Source: a phage
DNA: 64,000 nt
Reading direction: 5' to 3' (one strand)
Sequence record: PX880103.1
Shown: positions 9,877 through 19,637 of the stretch, one piece after another
How positions within the stretch are numbered: the first letter of the stretch is position 1
How the letters are laid out: every line of letters begins with the position of its first letter
Notes under the pieces: generated by a model
Databases searched by the model: none
Told to the model about the DNA's origin: nothing
What the model saw: the letters and a program-made list of their open reading frames with translations, nothing else
Made by a program: the position numbers and the translations under genes

Positions 9877-10731
9877 TCACAATGAAGAAAATTCTTTAAC
9901 TAAAGCCTGTAATGAAGCCTCTATTGGATATCCATTCTTAACTAACATTTTTCTAAACATCACATGTTTAGGACGATTATATGATATCCACAATTCATAC
10001 AATTTATCTTTATTATCCCAATGATAGCCTTTTCGTCGAGACGCTATATGAGCTTTTCTAATCTCCGGATTTTTCCAACTAGCAGCTACTGAATTTGATA
10101 TAGCTATTTTATATTCAGGTTTTGATAAAGCAGCACGAACAGCCTTTTGGTGTTTAATTTTATTTTCTTCGTTATTAAACCATTCCCTTGAAGCCATTGA
10201 AATTTTTTGTTTTGTTTTAAAATTATTTAATCTTTCTTTGTTATCTTTCCTATTTTTTGCTACTGAAAAATATTTTAATGCCCTTTCTCTAGCAGCATTT
10301 CTATTTTGTGGATTTGAATAATACTGTTGAAGCCTTTTTGATATTGTGTCACTTACATCCTGTCTTATAAAACTATATTCAGCAGCTATTAAATCAACTT
10401 CGGCTAAAGATAAATTTTTATATGTTTTTCCTGACATCATTCTATTTAAAGCATTTAGCATTTTTCCATTTTTACCTTTTGCTAATAAGAAATGTGCTTT
10501 GAAATGATTAAAATGACTTAAATTAACTAAATTCCATGTAGATTTTAAATATTCAGGAAATATTGATTTAGGAAGCACGTGGTGTGCTTCCGTTTTACCT
10601 GGAGTTTTAACAGTTGAATTCATAGAAATAAAATTAATGTAAGACTTGGCGTCTTCTTCACTCAACGCTAATTTTTCAACTAATTCCTTTATTAAAAATT
10701 CATCATTAATATCAAGTTTAAAATTCTTCAC
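9877..10731 (-). CDS. Putative HNH homing endonuclease with NUMOD-like C-terminal DNA-binding repeats
   Basis: GTG start with AAGGAA SD; HH...NLVNL...H motif near N-terminus; repeated KxPEIRK-type modules; free-standing ORF between genes 46 and 47. Confidence 0.6.
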   Translation of the reverse strand: MKNFKLDINDEFLIKELVEKLALSEEDAKSYINFISMNSTVKTPGKTEAHHVLPKSIFPEYLKSTWNLVNLSHFNHFKAHFLLAKGKNGKMLNALNRMMSGKTYKNLSLAEVDLIAAEYSFIRQDVSDTISKRLQQYYSNPQNRNAARERALKYFSVAKNRKDNKERLNNFKTKQKISMASREWFNNEENKIKHQKAVRAALSKPEYKIAISNSVAASWKNPEIRKAHIASRRKGYHWDNKDKLYELWISYNRPKHVMFRKMLVKNGYPIEASLQALVKEFSSL

Positions 10732-10934
10732 AAAAGATTCCTTTTAATGTATCTTTTAGACCATTCTATCATATCATCATAATCTAAAAAGTATTCATCA
10801 AATTCAGCCATGCAAACAACGCCTTGTGCTGTTTTTGATGTAATATAAATTATTCCAACATATCTAGAATCTTCTTCGGTATAATCAATGTTTGCTATGA
10901 ATTCATCATTAATGTCAAATGTCGAAAACTTCAC
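10728..10934 (-). CDS. Hypothetical protein
   Basis: Start set at in-frame GTG whose surrounding ~50 nt resemble the HNH gene start; acidic small protein. Confidence 0.35.
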   Translation of the reverse strand: MKFSTFDINDEFIANIDYTEEDSRYVGIIYITSKTAQGVVCMAEFDEYFLDYDDMIEWSKRYIKRNLL

Positions 10935-11178
10935 AGTATGCATCCTTAATACAAGATACAGCCATATCTCGCAATGATTTAGGTGTGTCATTATCTAAAA
11001 TGTTGAAGTTAAAGGATACAGCCCAGTCAGTGCAGACCGTAACTTTTTTAATACAATTATCTTCAACTTCTAGTGGTTCAAACCAGTATTCAATAATTTC
11101 TTTATGACCAATATCATCTTTTACTTCACATTCAAAATGCTGACTCATCATAACATTTTTAAATTCATCAAAAGTCAT
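10915..11178 (-). CDS. Hypothetical protein
   Basis: 87 aa ORF directly downstream of gene 47. Confidence 0.45.
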   Translation of the reverse strand: MTFDEFKNVMMSQHFECEVKDDIGHKEIIEYWFEPLEVEDNCIKKVTVCTDWAVSFNFNILDNDTPKSLRDMAVSCIKDAYCEVFDI

Positions 11179-12194
11179 TGTGTTGCCTCTACATATAACT
11201 GATTTGCATATTGAATAAGTGCTTCACGGTCAGAATCAGTGATGTCTGGAATTGCATTAATGTATTCTTCCATCAATGTCTGAAGCGATTGAACTTCAAC
11301 TTCTTCACTGTCATCTGACTCGACAGAGTTATCAATCTTTGACACAACTCGTAATGAATGCACAACTTTCTCTAGTTCAGATTCGAACTTCGTCAGATTT
11401 TTGTCTACTTCAGTTACTATAACACGTACTGATAGATTTGTAAAATCTTTATAGTCAATTTTTCCTTTAAATGGATAATGAATTCTACGATGCCAAGTAG
11501 TATTGTTTGGAATAAATTCCATTCGTTCTGTTTCTGTATCAAACATCCAGAACCCGCGGGGGTCATTCTCGTCACCTGCAGTTAGTGTCCATGGTGTCCC
11601 AATATATCTGACGTTAGCAGCCTCAGAGATAGTATGGAAGTGACCAGACCACACTTCTTTGTAAGTCTTAAGGAAATCAGGTTCAAGACCGTGAGATTTC
11701 ATTCCTTTATAAAAATAAAATCCATTCAGTTCCCAGTGACCGACACAATAAGAAGCAGATGAAGTTTTGATATGCTCAAGAATTTCACCAGTATTTTCTT
11801 CGCACATCCAAGGAATCAAATCAATCAAACATCCGTCAAAATCTACTGTAGTAGGCTTATCATATACTTTAACATTAGGATATTTAGCCAAAAGCTCAGT
11901 AGAGGCATTTGGAGTTAAAGTATTTTTAAAGTGCATATCATGGTTTCCTACAACAGTATGTAGGGTAATACCAGCATCATCAAGCATTTGAACTATTTCA
12001 CGGGCGAACTCCATAGTTTTATGCGTGATTGCTTTTCGCACATCAAAAATATCGCCGTATTGAATCCAGGTAGTAATTCCATTTTTCTTAGAATATTCTA
12101 TCGCTTGCTTAATTCCATCCAACTGAATGGATTGAACCCACTCGTCATCGGCTTTAACGCCTAAATGCCAATCACCTAAATTTAAAATTTTCAT
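11175..12194 (-). CDS. 47: Recombination endonuclease subunit (Mre11-like phosphoesterase)
   Basis: 339 aa; LGDWHLG metallophosphatase motif; T4 gp47 length. Confidence 0.9.
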   Translation of the reverse strand: MKILNLGDWHLGVKADDEWVQSIQLDGIKQAIEYSKKNGITTWIQYGDIFDVRKAITHKTMEFAREIVQMLDDAGITLHTVVGNHDMHFKNTLTPNASTELLAKYPNVKVYDKPTTVDFDGCLIDLIPWMCEENTGEILEHIKTSSASYCVGHWELNGFYFYKGMKSHGLEPDFLKTYKEVWSGHFHTISEAANVRYIGTPWTLTAGDENDPRGFWMFDTETERMEFIPNNTTWHRRIHYPFKGKIDYKDFTNLSVRVIVTEVDKNLTKFESELEKVVHSLRVVSKIDNSVESDDSEEVEVQSLQTLMEEYINAIPDITDSDREALIQYANQLYVEATQ

Positions 12195-12331
12195 ATATCA
12201 AGAACCGTCATTGAAATGCAAAATAAAATTATTGAAATAAATCCATCTGGAGTGCTAAAGAACCCAATCCAACATGCTCTAGTGAATAGATAAAATGCAA
12301 GAAAAAGTATCACATATCCAAGAAATATCAT
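12191..12331 (-). CDS. Small hydrophobic peptide (46 aa)
   Basis: Hand-found ORF; stop overlaps gene 47 ATG (ATGA). Confidence 0.3.
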   Translation of the reverse strand: MIFLGYVILFLAFYLFTRACWIGFFSTPDGFISIILFCISMTVLDI

Positions 12332-12354
12332 TATATCAAACTCTGTATAAAGCT

Positions 12355-12372
12355 AAAGGGCCGAAGCCCTTT
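12355..12372 (-). other. UUCG-tetraloop hairpin at the alpha-gt stop
   Basis: Minus strand AAAGGGCUUCGGCCCUUU. Confidence 0.4.
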
Positions 12373-13573
12373 ATTTTGTAATAATGTCAAACTGTTCTTT
12401 AAAGCAGAAGCTTGAATCTTGATGCTGATACAAAAATTCATATGCTTTTTCTCGCTCACGGTCATAAAGAGCTCGGTCAGATGACAGTTCTTTAATACGT
12501 TCAAATGTTGATTCCATATCATTTTCATCAAACCAAATGATACCGCTATCATGCGAGGTCAAAGGAGTATTATCAACACGGAATTTTAAATTTTCGCCAG
12601 TAGATTTCCAAAATACTGGAATTGTTCCACATGCACCAAGCTCGAGGTGAGTATATTCTAAAGAACGTTGTAGATATTTTTTATCCAACTTACTCAACTG
12701 ATAACCAAATCCGGATTTACTCATGCGTTCAAGCATTTCGCTATTTACATAGCGATCGAGAATTTGCGTTGGCAAATTAGGAGCAATTTTAATTTGGTCT
12801 ACTTGATGAAGACGATAATACTCGTATGGAATTCCTTTTTCTTTAATAGGAATGAACGCTGGAGAACGTTCCAGACCTTCCATAATAGTACTTAGTCCTG
12901 CAGGTTTAAGATGTTTTTCGTGAAAATCAAACATCTGATAAAAACCTTTCCATGTAGTCGTACGACCAATCCAACGGTTGACATTCATGTTAATTTCAGA
13001 AACATCTTTCCAGTAGGTTGACCGAACCTTCGCAATATCCATAGGAGGCTGAAAGTTATATACTGTCGGCGCTTCTTCAATATCATCAAACAAAGAAACT
13101 GTTTCAGGATACCATTCTTTCATCAGAACTTTATTAAAATCACCATTATCAGAATGGCTAAAAATAACATCAGCTCGACGAACAGTTTCTTCTAATCCCA
13201 AATTTCGGCGCAAAGAAAGAGAAGAATGGTCATGCTGATAAACTACAACACGAACAGAAGGTTTAATGTTATCAATAATTTTTTTATAGTTATTAATAGT
13301 GTCTTCTTCAACTGAAGTAGCAGGAACTGAATTGATAATTAGAATATCACAATCATTTACCAGCTTAAGTGTTTTATCGTATTCTTTTGCCAATAAAACC
13401 GGAATTGAAAATGATTTATAATCATGCGCACAGTTACGAGTAAATGATTTATCTTTGGCATAAACCAAAGTTACTTCATGACCATTTTTAATAAACCAAT
13501 CACGTTGCTCAAGAGAAAATTTAGTTACACCACAACCTTCAAGACCTCGAGCCATAAAAATACATACTTTCAT
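12371..13573 (-). CDS. a-gt: DNA alpha-glucosyltransferase
   Basis: 400 aa, matches T4 alpha-gt sequence as remembered. Confidence 0.9.
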   Translation of the reverse strand: MKVCIFMARGLEGCGVTKFSLEQRDWFIKNGHEVTLVYAKDKSFTRNCAHDYKSFSIPVLLAKEYDKTLKLVNDCDILIINSVPATSVEEDTINNYKKIIDNIKPSVRVVVYQHDHSSLSLRRNLGLEETVRRADVIFSHSDNGDFNKVLMKEWYPETVSLFDDIEEAPTVYNFQPPMDIAKVRSTYWKDVSEINMNVNRWIGRTTTWKGFYQMFDFHEKHLKPAGLSTIMEGLERSPAFIPIKEKGIPYEYYRLHQVDQIKIAPNLPTQILDRYVNSEMLERMSKSGFGYQLSKLDKKYLQRSLEYTHLELGACGTIPVFWKSTGENLKFRVDNTPLTSHDSGIIWFDENDMESTFERIKELSSDRALYDREREKAYEFLYQHQDSSFCFKEQFDIITK

Positions 13574-13623
13574 TTAATATCCTCATTGTTTTGGTTTATT
13601 TTACCAAAAATTTATAAAGCAAT

Positions 13624-13643
13624 ATAGGAGCCGAAGCTCCTAT
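13624..13643 (-). other. UUCG-tetraloop hairpin upstream of alpha-gt
   Basis: Minus strand AUAGGAGCUUCGGCUCCUAU. Confidence 0.4.
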
Positions 13644-13816
13644 CCGCATAATACGCCATACAAAGGCTCATTAGAGCTTCTAAATTTTATGCGCTTATAT
13701 GTTATAGTTCCTTCTGCTTTAGCTTTATCATGAGACTCTTTAAAGCGTCTCATCATTTCCTCTTTAGAGGAACGAATTTTATTATAATCTATTTCAGAAG
13801 TCTGGGTGTTCATCTT

Positions 13817-14023
13817 TCATAACTGCCACCATTTTTTAACTTGATAAGAATCAACCCACACTTTCATATTAGGGTCTGCTCTTACAATAGGAGGATTAAC
13901 TTCTTTAATTGAACTATCATGGTATTCTTTTTCAGAAATTTTCACACAAAGATGACCATTCAAAGATTCAGTAAATCCTGCATTAATTTTAAGACGCTTG
14001 AATTTTACGTGTGTAAGCATCAA
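13817..14023 (-). CDS. Hypothetical protein
   Basis: 68 aa ORF between 55 and a-gt. Confidence 0.4.
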   Translation of the reverse strand: MMLTHVKFKRLKINAGFTESLNGHLCVKISEKEYHDSSIKEVNPPIVRADPNMKVWVDSYQVKKWWQL

Positions 14024-14306
14024 TCATATCCTCAATCTGCGATCTAGTAGTCTTCCAAAGAATACTGATGAGTTCATCGTTATATGGCTGTTTTAGAATA
14101 TCCCGACTTTTCTTGATAGCATATTCGTATTGAGCAAAATTATTGTTTTCAGCTGCAATCTGAGCGTGCTTATAAAGACGGTTCAGTTCGCGTTTGTTTT
14201 TAGATAATAACTTATTTGCTTTTCTTTCTGCTTCAAGACGGTTCTTTTCTTCAATAGAAGAAATAAGCTTTTCCACTTCATCATTAATTTCGGGTTTATC
14301 AGTCAT
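13989..14306 (-). CDS. Hypothetical protein
   Basis: 105 aa ORF, charged and helical. Confidence 0.45.
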   Translation of the reverse strand: MTDKPEINDEVEKLISSIEEKNRLEAERKANKLLSKNKRELNRLYKHAQIAAENNNFAQYEYAIKKSRDILKQPYNDELISILWKTTRSQIEDMIDAYTRKIQAS

Positions 14307-14307
14307 A

Positions 14308-14526
14308 TTATTTCTCTAATATAAAATAAAAATCATCATCTGTTAAATGATACCGATAGTTTAATTCTACACCATTAGATTTAAAAGCGGTATCATACGG
14401 ATTTTCTGGATCAATATCAATGTCAAGAGCTAAAACTTCCCTGAGATACATTTTAAGTAAATAGGGAATAGCTTCAACTTCAGGTATTTCTTCCAAGAAT
14501 CCGGAGAGGTTAATCGTTAGCCTCAT
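14308..14526 (-). CDS. Hypothetical protein
   Basis: 72 aa ORF immediately downstream of gene 55. Confidence 0.45.
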
Positions 14527-15073
14527 ATAAAAAATCCAAACTAGGAGAATCGTCTACAACACTTTTCTTTTCAGCCCCCGGTGTTCTATAGGTTGATTCT
14601 TCGTAATGCGTCATTTTATCGTAGATGTCTTGAATAAAAGTTTCATCTACTAACGCAACCATATCGTCGTCACGGCTGTCATAGACATTGTGAACGAAGT
14701 AACTATATTTCTTTGCAACTTCCTTACGTTCTTTTTTAATACGTTGGACGAATGCATTAAAACAAGCTTGAGTTATATACGCATGTGGGTTTTTATATTT
14801 CGTTTCATCAAAATTGTGAAGCCCCTTAATAGAAGCTTCTATACCATCTGCAATCATTTCTTGTTTCCAAGACTGGGTGTATCCTGAAAAGTTGAAACGT
14901 TTAGATAAGCCTTCTGCAATAAGCATAATGGCTAATCCGATAGTATCATTCTGACGAACTACTTTATTTGGGTCTTTATTATTTGCTAATTCTGTTTTCC
15001 AATCAATAATAGCTTGTAAAAGCTCTTTATTGTTTACGTAATTATATTTAGGCTTAGTTTCTGACATTTTCAC
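14510..15073 (-). CDS. 55: Late-transcription sigma factor
   Basis: 187 aa, matches T4 gp55 size and sequence as remembered. Confidence 0.9.
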
Positions 15074-15149
15074 CTCTTAGCTCAATTCATAGATCTATTA
15101 TATCATAATATTTGAAGATCTATCTTAAAGCACAGAGGATGAATCAATT

Positions 15150-15365
15150 TCAAGCATTCATCAGCTTAGCTGCTCCAAGAGCTGCATCTAGTGAATCAAA
15201 TTGGTCAACATATTCAATCAATTCGCCGTAATTAGCATATAACCACCATTGGCTAAATTCATACTCAAGGATGAATCCGTTTCCTTCAATTTGAGTTAAA
15301 CCAATGCCATTTGTATTTACTTCATATCCAGCAAGACGTAAATCGTTAATAAGAGCTTCGTTCAT
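15150..15365 (-). CDS. Hypothetical protein (55.1-like position)
   Basis: 71 aa ORF. Confidence 0.45.
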   Translation of the reverse strand: MNEALINDLRLAGYEVNTNGIGLTQIEGNGFILEYEFSQWWLYANYGELIEYVDQFDSLDAALGAAKLMNA

Positions 15366-15367
15366 AA

Positions 15368-15694
15368 TTATACCTTAGTAATTTTCAGGTCTGCAAATTT
15401 TTTCTTGCGTTGATTTTTCATGCGACGAATAGTTTTATCGGAAATTTCATGCTTTTGATAAGCTTTAGATTCTACACCAAAAGCTTTAACATCAAATTCT
15501 GACAAGATATATTGAACCAGCAATTCACGGACAGTATTGCGTCCAATCTTCTGATCATTCTGTTTCATCATCTGATGAAGCTCTTTTTCCCATTTATCCA
15601 AAATTTGAGGAGTTACAATATCGCCTTTTTCTAACAAAGAAACTACTTTATCATATGCGTAAGAATTGATGGCGTTTTTAATTTGAATAGTCAT
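15368..15694 (-). CDS. Hypothetical protein (55.2-like position)
   Basis: 108 aa ORF. Confidence 0.5.
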   Translation of the reverse strand: MTIQIKNAINSYAYDKVVSLLEKGDIVTPQILDKWEKELHQMMKQNDQKIGRNTVRELLVQYILSEFDVKAFGVESKAYQKHEISDKTIRRMKNQRKKKFADLKITKV

Positions 15695-15721
15695 ACATTA
15701 TCCTCAATTACGTTAAAATTT

Positions 15722-15748
15722 TATTATCCAAAAAGGGCCGAAGCCCTT
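15722..15748 (-). terminator. UUCG-tetraloop hairpin with U-run (candidate terminator)
   Basis: Minus strand GGGCUUCGGCCCUUUUUGGAUAAUAAAAUUUU. Confidence 0.5.
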
Positions 15749-15947
15749 AGCTAAACTTTTTGGCACCCTTCCAGCCTTCATACATCATTGCGGCTGATAT
15801 TAATATTGCTCCTGAGCAACTTGAATATTTGTGATTCCAAAACCAGTTCAGAAAAACTTCGTCATCAATACCTTGGGCTATCATATTTTCAAAGAACTGA
15901 CGACGAGCTTCAGCAATTCGCTGCGATAATTTAGATTCAGGATTCAT
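15747..15947 (-). CDS. Hypothetical protein
   Basis: 66 aa ORF. Confidence 0.4.
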   Translation of the reverse strand: MNPESKLSQRIAEARRQFFENMIAQGIDDEVFLNWFWNHKYSSCSGAILISAAMMYEGWKGAKKFS

Positions 15948-16082
15948 TTAAATTTCCCACCAATTGCCATTTTCATCAATAAATTTAATCCAGTCATTTA
16001 CTGACCACTTAGTTGTATCGCCTTTTGGAGTAACATTTAAAGTGTATAACCCTTGTTTAAAAAGCATTCGTTTAATATTCAT
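15948..16082 (-). CDS. Hypothetical small protein
   Basis: Start moved to internal ATG preceded by GAGGAA SD; longer track version overlaps the upstream gene. Confidence 0.3.
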   Translation of the reverse strand: MNIKRMLFKQGLYTLNVTPKGDTTKWSVNDWIKFIDENGNWWEI

Positions 16083-16089
16083 ATTTTCC

Positions 16090-16383
16090 TCAGCTGTAAC
16101 GATAACACTCGTTTGATTTACGTTTAGCAACTCGTTGAGAAGTATTATAATCAAAATCATCGTCAATGTAAACTGATTTTTTCAACTTTCTTACTTCACC
16201 GCGTAATTGACGATTTAGCTCATCTTTAACTTCTGAATCAATGCCTTTCATTCTACGCCATTTATCTGAGCGAAAAATGTTTTCAACCATATCTTTATGA
16301 CTTACCCCATCAGGAGCTTTACGCTTTCCGAAATAGTCATAATCACGCACTTTTAAGTCTTTACGACGATACGTTTTACCCAT
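16090..16383 (-). CDS. Hypothetical basic protein
   Basis: Start moved to internal Met (MGKTYRRK); Lys/Arg rich. Confidence 0.4.
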   Translation of the reverse strand: MGKTYRRKDLKVRDYDYFGKRKAPDGVSHKDMVENIFRSDKWRRMKGIDSEVKDELNRQLRGEVRKLKKSVYIDDDFDYNTSQRVAKRKSNECYRYS

Positions 16384-16580
16384 GGAGTTTAATTTCCTTA
16401 GCAACTGAACTAAATACAGCACGATCACAAATCATACGTTTGTTCCATTTAATCACAGTATAATGAACATCTAGATCATCGACTGCTGTAACAATAACGA
16501 TATGTCCGTTAACACGATAATACTGGTCAATTTTAATCTCTTTATCAACCATATCAATTCCTCAAAGGTAATTCATATGT

Positions 16581-16614
16581 TAATAATACCATAGTTTGAA
16601 CTTGTTGTAAACAA
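16581..16614 (-). promoter_or_regulatory. Early promoter
   Basis: Minus strand CACAAAGTTGTTTACA ... GGTATTATTA. Confidence 0.55.
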
Positions 16615-16680
16615 CTTTGTGAAAAATATTTTAGGGAATGATAAGAAAGGAACGATAGCTTAGAATGGTAATATACAGAA

Positions 16681-16706
16681 TGCGAGAAAGAAAGGCCCAG
16701 AGGGCC
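16681..16706 (-). terminator. Hairpin with U-rich tail after nrdH
   Basis: Minus strand GGCCCUCUGGGCC then UUUCUUUCUC. Confidence 0.4.
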
Positions 16707-16710
16707 CGTC

Positions 16711-17019
16711 TTAATCTTCTATGATATCTCTATCATATCCAAGTGAAATGAGAGTTTCTTTGAAGTGTTTAATGTTCTTTTGTCTAGAATCATTAATGAA
16801 AATGACTGGATAACGAATGTTAAGAGATGTGAATCCAGCGCGTTTAGCAAGAGATACAATCAGCGGACGATCATACTCAATCTTACCATTATTTGTAAGA
16901 ACTTTATAGAAAGTAAAAGGAGCATTGAGCTCCTTTAGAAGTTTTGTAACTGATTGACATCCAGGACAACGACCTACTTCATCTGGAATTCCATAGACTT
17001 CAATCTTATTTTGTTTCAC
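16711..17019 (-). CDS. nrdH: Glutaredoxin-like protein NrdH
   Basis: 102 aa with CPGC redox motif; position upstream of 55. Confidence 0.7.
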   Translation of the reverse strand: MKQNKIEVYGIPDEVGRCPGCQSVTKLLKELNAPFTFYKVLTNNGKIEYDRPLIVSLAKRAGFTSLNIRYPVIFINDSRQKNIKHFKETLISLGYDRDIIED

Positions 17020-17021
17020 AA

Positions 17022-17234
17022 CTATTCCTTACTAAGAGCAGCATTCAACTTGTTAGTAATTTTATCCAGACGCTCATTGAACTCGCTAGAAGATAAACCC
17101 TTTTCTGGAGAAATCAAACTAATCACGAAAAATATAGCAATAAAAGGAATAAGGAAAATAGCTCCAACTGCCATAAACAGAAAGAATGTTACAGTTGTAA
17201 GAAAATCAGCTAAACCTTTACGAAATTTATACAT
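17022..17234 (-). CDS. Small membrane protein
   Basis: 70 aa with one long hydrophobic segment. Confidence 0.4.
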   Translation of the reverse strand: MYKFRKGLADFLTTVTFFLFMAVGAIFLIPFIAIFFVISLISPEKGLSSSEFNERLDKITNKLNAALSKE

Positions 17235-17352
17235 TTACATTTACCCTTAATTGATTAACCAAGCATTGATAAGCACTAAACTATACTGTGAATAAAATTC
17301 TGGACCAAAATGAAAAATCATATCATTTATAGTATCCATAATATAATTCAAT

Positions 17353-17823
17353 TTAATCATGTTTCCACACCCCATCGGTATTTGACCAAAGTCGCTGATT
17401 ATCTGATCCTCGCCACAGCTTTTTAGTCGGAAGATTTTTCTCATACTTCCCATCAATAATAACATCAACATATTTAAGCATTTCTAGTTGTTTAATATCT
17501 TCAAACTTATATCCTGTCCACAACCAAATGCTTTTATTGGGATAAAGATTTTTTACTGTTTGAACAATGCAATGAATAACATCTCGGTTATCAGGATAGA
17601 GAGGGTCTCCTCCAGTTATAGTTAATCCTTCTATATAATCATTATCCAAACATTCAATTAATTGTTCTAGTGTTTCACCGGTGAATGGAATACCATTTCT
17701 AGCATTCCATGTTGATTTATTATAACACCCTTCGCATTTATGCAAACAACCTGTAACGAAAAGAACGACCCTGCAACCAGGGCCATTCACAAAATCGCAA
17801 GGATAAAATCTATCATAATTCAT
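17353..17823 (-). CDS. nrdG: Anaerobic ribonucleotide reductase activating protein (radical SAM)
   Basis: 156 aa; cysteine-cluster CLHKCEGC near N-terminus; overlaps nrdD stop. Confidence 0.85.
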   Translation of the reverse strand: MNYDRFYPCDFVNGPGCRVVLFVTGCLHKCEGCYNKSTWNARNGIPFTGETLEQLIECLDNDYIEGLTITGGDPLYPDNRDVIHCIVQTVKNLYPNKSIWLWTGYKFEDIKQLEMLKYVDVIIDGKYEKNLPTKKLWRGSDNQRLWSNTDGVWKHD

Positions 17824-19637
17824 TGGTGTTTAACCCTATGCATGATTTCTTTATTTTTACCGAGATTAAATCCGCGCTCGTTCGGATTTCCCAAATAACC
17901 ACATGTTCTTCTTATGGTATTCATCTTTTTAGGATCAGTTTCTCCACAAATAGAACAAACAAATCCATTTTCAGTAGGAGTCATTTCATGGGTACTTCCA
18001 CATGTAAAACATTTATCTACTGGCATATTAACACCAAAATAATCTAAATGTTGTGCAGCATAATCCCATACGGCCTCAAGACCTTTTAAGTTATTTTTCA
18101 TATCAGGAAGTTCAACATAAGAAATGTGACCACCTGTCGCAATGAAATGATACGGCGCTTCACGAGAAATCTTTTCAAACGGAGTAATATTTTCTTCTAC
18201 TGAAACATGGAAACTGTTAGTGTACCAGCCTTTATCGGTAACATCTTTTACACTTCCATATTTTTCTGTATCAAGTTTACAGAAGCGATAACAAAGGTTT
18301 TCAGCAGGAGTCGAATATAAACTAAAAGCAAATCCGGTTCTTTCAGTCCACTGTTTAAGATGAGCATTCATTTTAGTTAAAATTTCTCGTCCAATATCAC
18401 GACCGACAAGAATATTCAATTCGTGAATACCAATGTATCCTAAAGACACTGAACTTCTACCGTTTTTAAATAACTCAATTATGTCGTCATCAGGTTTAAG
18501 ACGAACCCCGAATGCACCTTCTTGGTAAAGAATAGGAGCAACAGTTGCTTTAACTCCTTTTAAGGAACTAATTCTACACATCAAAGCTTCAAAACACAAA
18601 TCCATTCGTTCATTGAATAATTCAACAAATTTCTGTTCATTGAACTGTGTTCCAATATAAGAATCTAACGCAATGCGAGGAAGATTCAGTGTTACAACAC
18701 CAAGATTATTACGTCCATCAAGAATTTCATTGCCAGTCGAATCTTTCCATACGCTCAAAAAACTACGGCAACCCATTGGAGAAACAGGAACAGATGAACC
18801 AGTGATAGCTTTATTGTTCTTAGCTGAAATAATATCAGGATACATCCTTTTGCTTGCACACTCTAGAGCAAGCTGCTTAATATCATAGTTCGGATCGTCT
18901 TTATAAAGATTAACACCTTCTTCAACGAACATAACAAGCTTAGGGAAAATAGGAGTTATTCCATCACGACCAAGACCTTTAATACGATTTTTCAGAATTG
19001 CTTTCTGAATCATTCGTTCAGTCCAGTCAGTTCCCGTACCAAATGTAATTGTTACAAAAGGAGTCTGTCCGTTTGAACTAAAGAGAGTATTTACTTCATA
19101 TTCATAAGCTTGGAATGCATCGTATACGTCTTTTTCTGTTTTAGATTGAGCATAATTCAACGCATCAGCGATTTGCCATTTTTCTGCATCCTCAATATGT
19201 TTTGCATAGGTGCGTTTAACATAAGGAGAAAGTACTTTATCTACATTCGCAAAAGTCGTTCCGCCATATTGGTGAGAAGCAACTTGTGCAGTAATTTGTG
19301 CCATAATTGCAGTAGCAACGCCAATTGATTTAGGAGTTTCAATCTGTGCATTACCTAGCTTAAATCCGTTCTCAAGCATTCCTTTTAAATCTACTAAACA
19401 GCAATTAGTAAATGGAAGAGCAGGGGAATAATCAATATCATGGAAATGAATAATTCCGCTTTCATGCGCTTTCATAATAAAAGACGGGACCATATTTTTG
19501 GCAATGTGTTTAGACACAATACCAGCCATAAGGTCCCGTTGAGTTGGAAAAACACGAGAATCTTTATTAGCATTCTCGTTTAAAAGGTCTTTATTAGTTT
19601 TATGAATCAATCCTTCAATTTCTTTTTCAATTGTCAT
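17820..19637 (-). CDS. nrdD: Anaerobic ribonucleoside-triphosphate reductase (class III), uninterrupted
   Basis: 605 aa continuous ORF; C-terminal glycyl-radical motif RTCGYLG and Cys-rich zinc site. Confidence 0.92.
   Translation of the reverse strand: MTIEKEIEGLIHKTNKDLLNENANKDSRVFPTQRDLMAGIVSKHIAKNMVPSFIMKAHESGIIHFHDIDYSPALPFTNCCLVDLKGMLENGFKLGNAQIETPKSIGVATAIMAQITAQVASHQYGGTTFANVDKVLSPYVKRTYAKHIEDAEKWQIADALNYAQSKTEKDVYDAFQAYEYEVNTLFSSNGQTPFVTITFGTGTDWTERMIQKAILKNRIKGLGRDGITPIFPKLVMFVEEGVNLYKDDPNYDIKQLALECASKRMYPDIISAKNNKAITGSSVPVSPMGCRSFLSVWKDSTGNEILDGRNNLGVVTLNLPRIALDSYIGTQFNEQKFVELFNERMDLCFEALMCRISSLKGVKATVAPILYQEGAFGVRLKPDDDIIELFKNGRSSVSLGYIGIHELNILVGRDIGREILTKMNAHLKQWTERTGFAFSLYSTPAENLCYRFCKLDTEKYGSVKDVTDKGWYTNSFHVSVEENITPFEKISREAPYHFIATGGHISYVELPDMKNNLKGLEAVWDYAAQHLDYFGVNMPVDKCFTCGSTHEMTPTENGFVCSICGETDPKKMNTIRRTCGYLGNPNERGFNLGKNKEIMHRVKHQ

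Noticed and set aside
12331-12552. 73 aa minus-strand ORF overlapping the 3' end of alpha-gt
   Set aside because: Alternative frame inside alpha-gt; no independent support.
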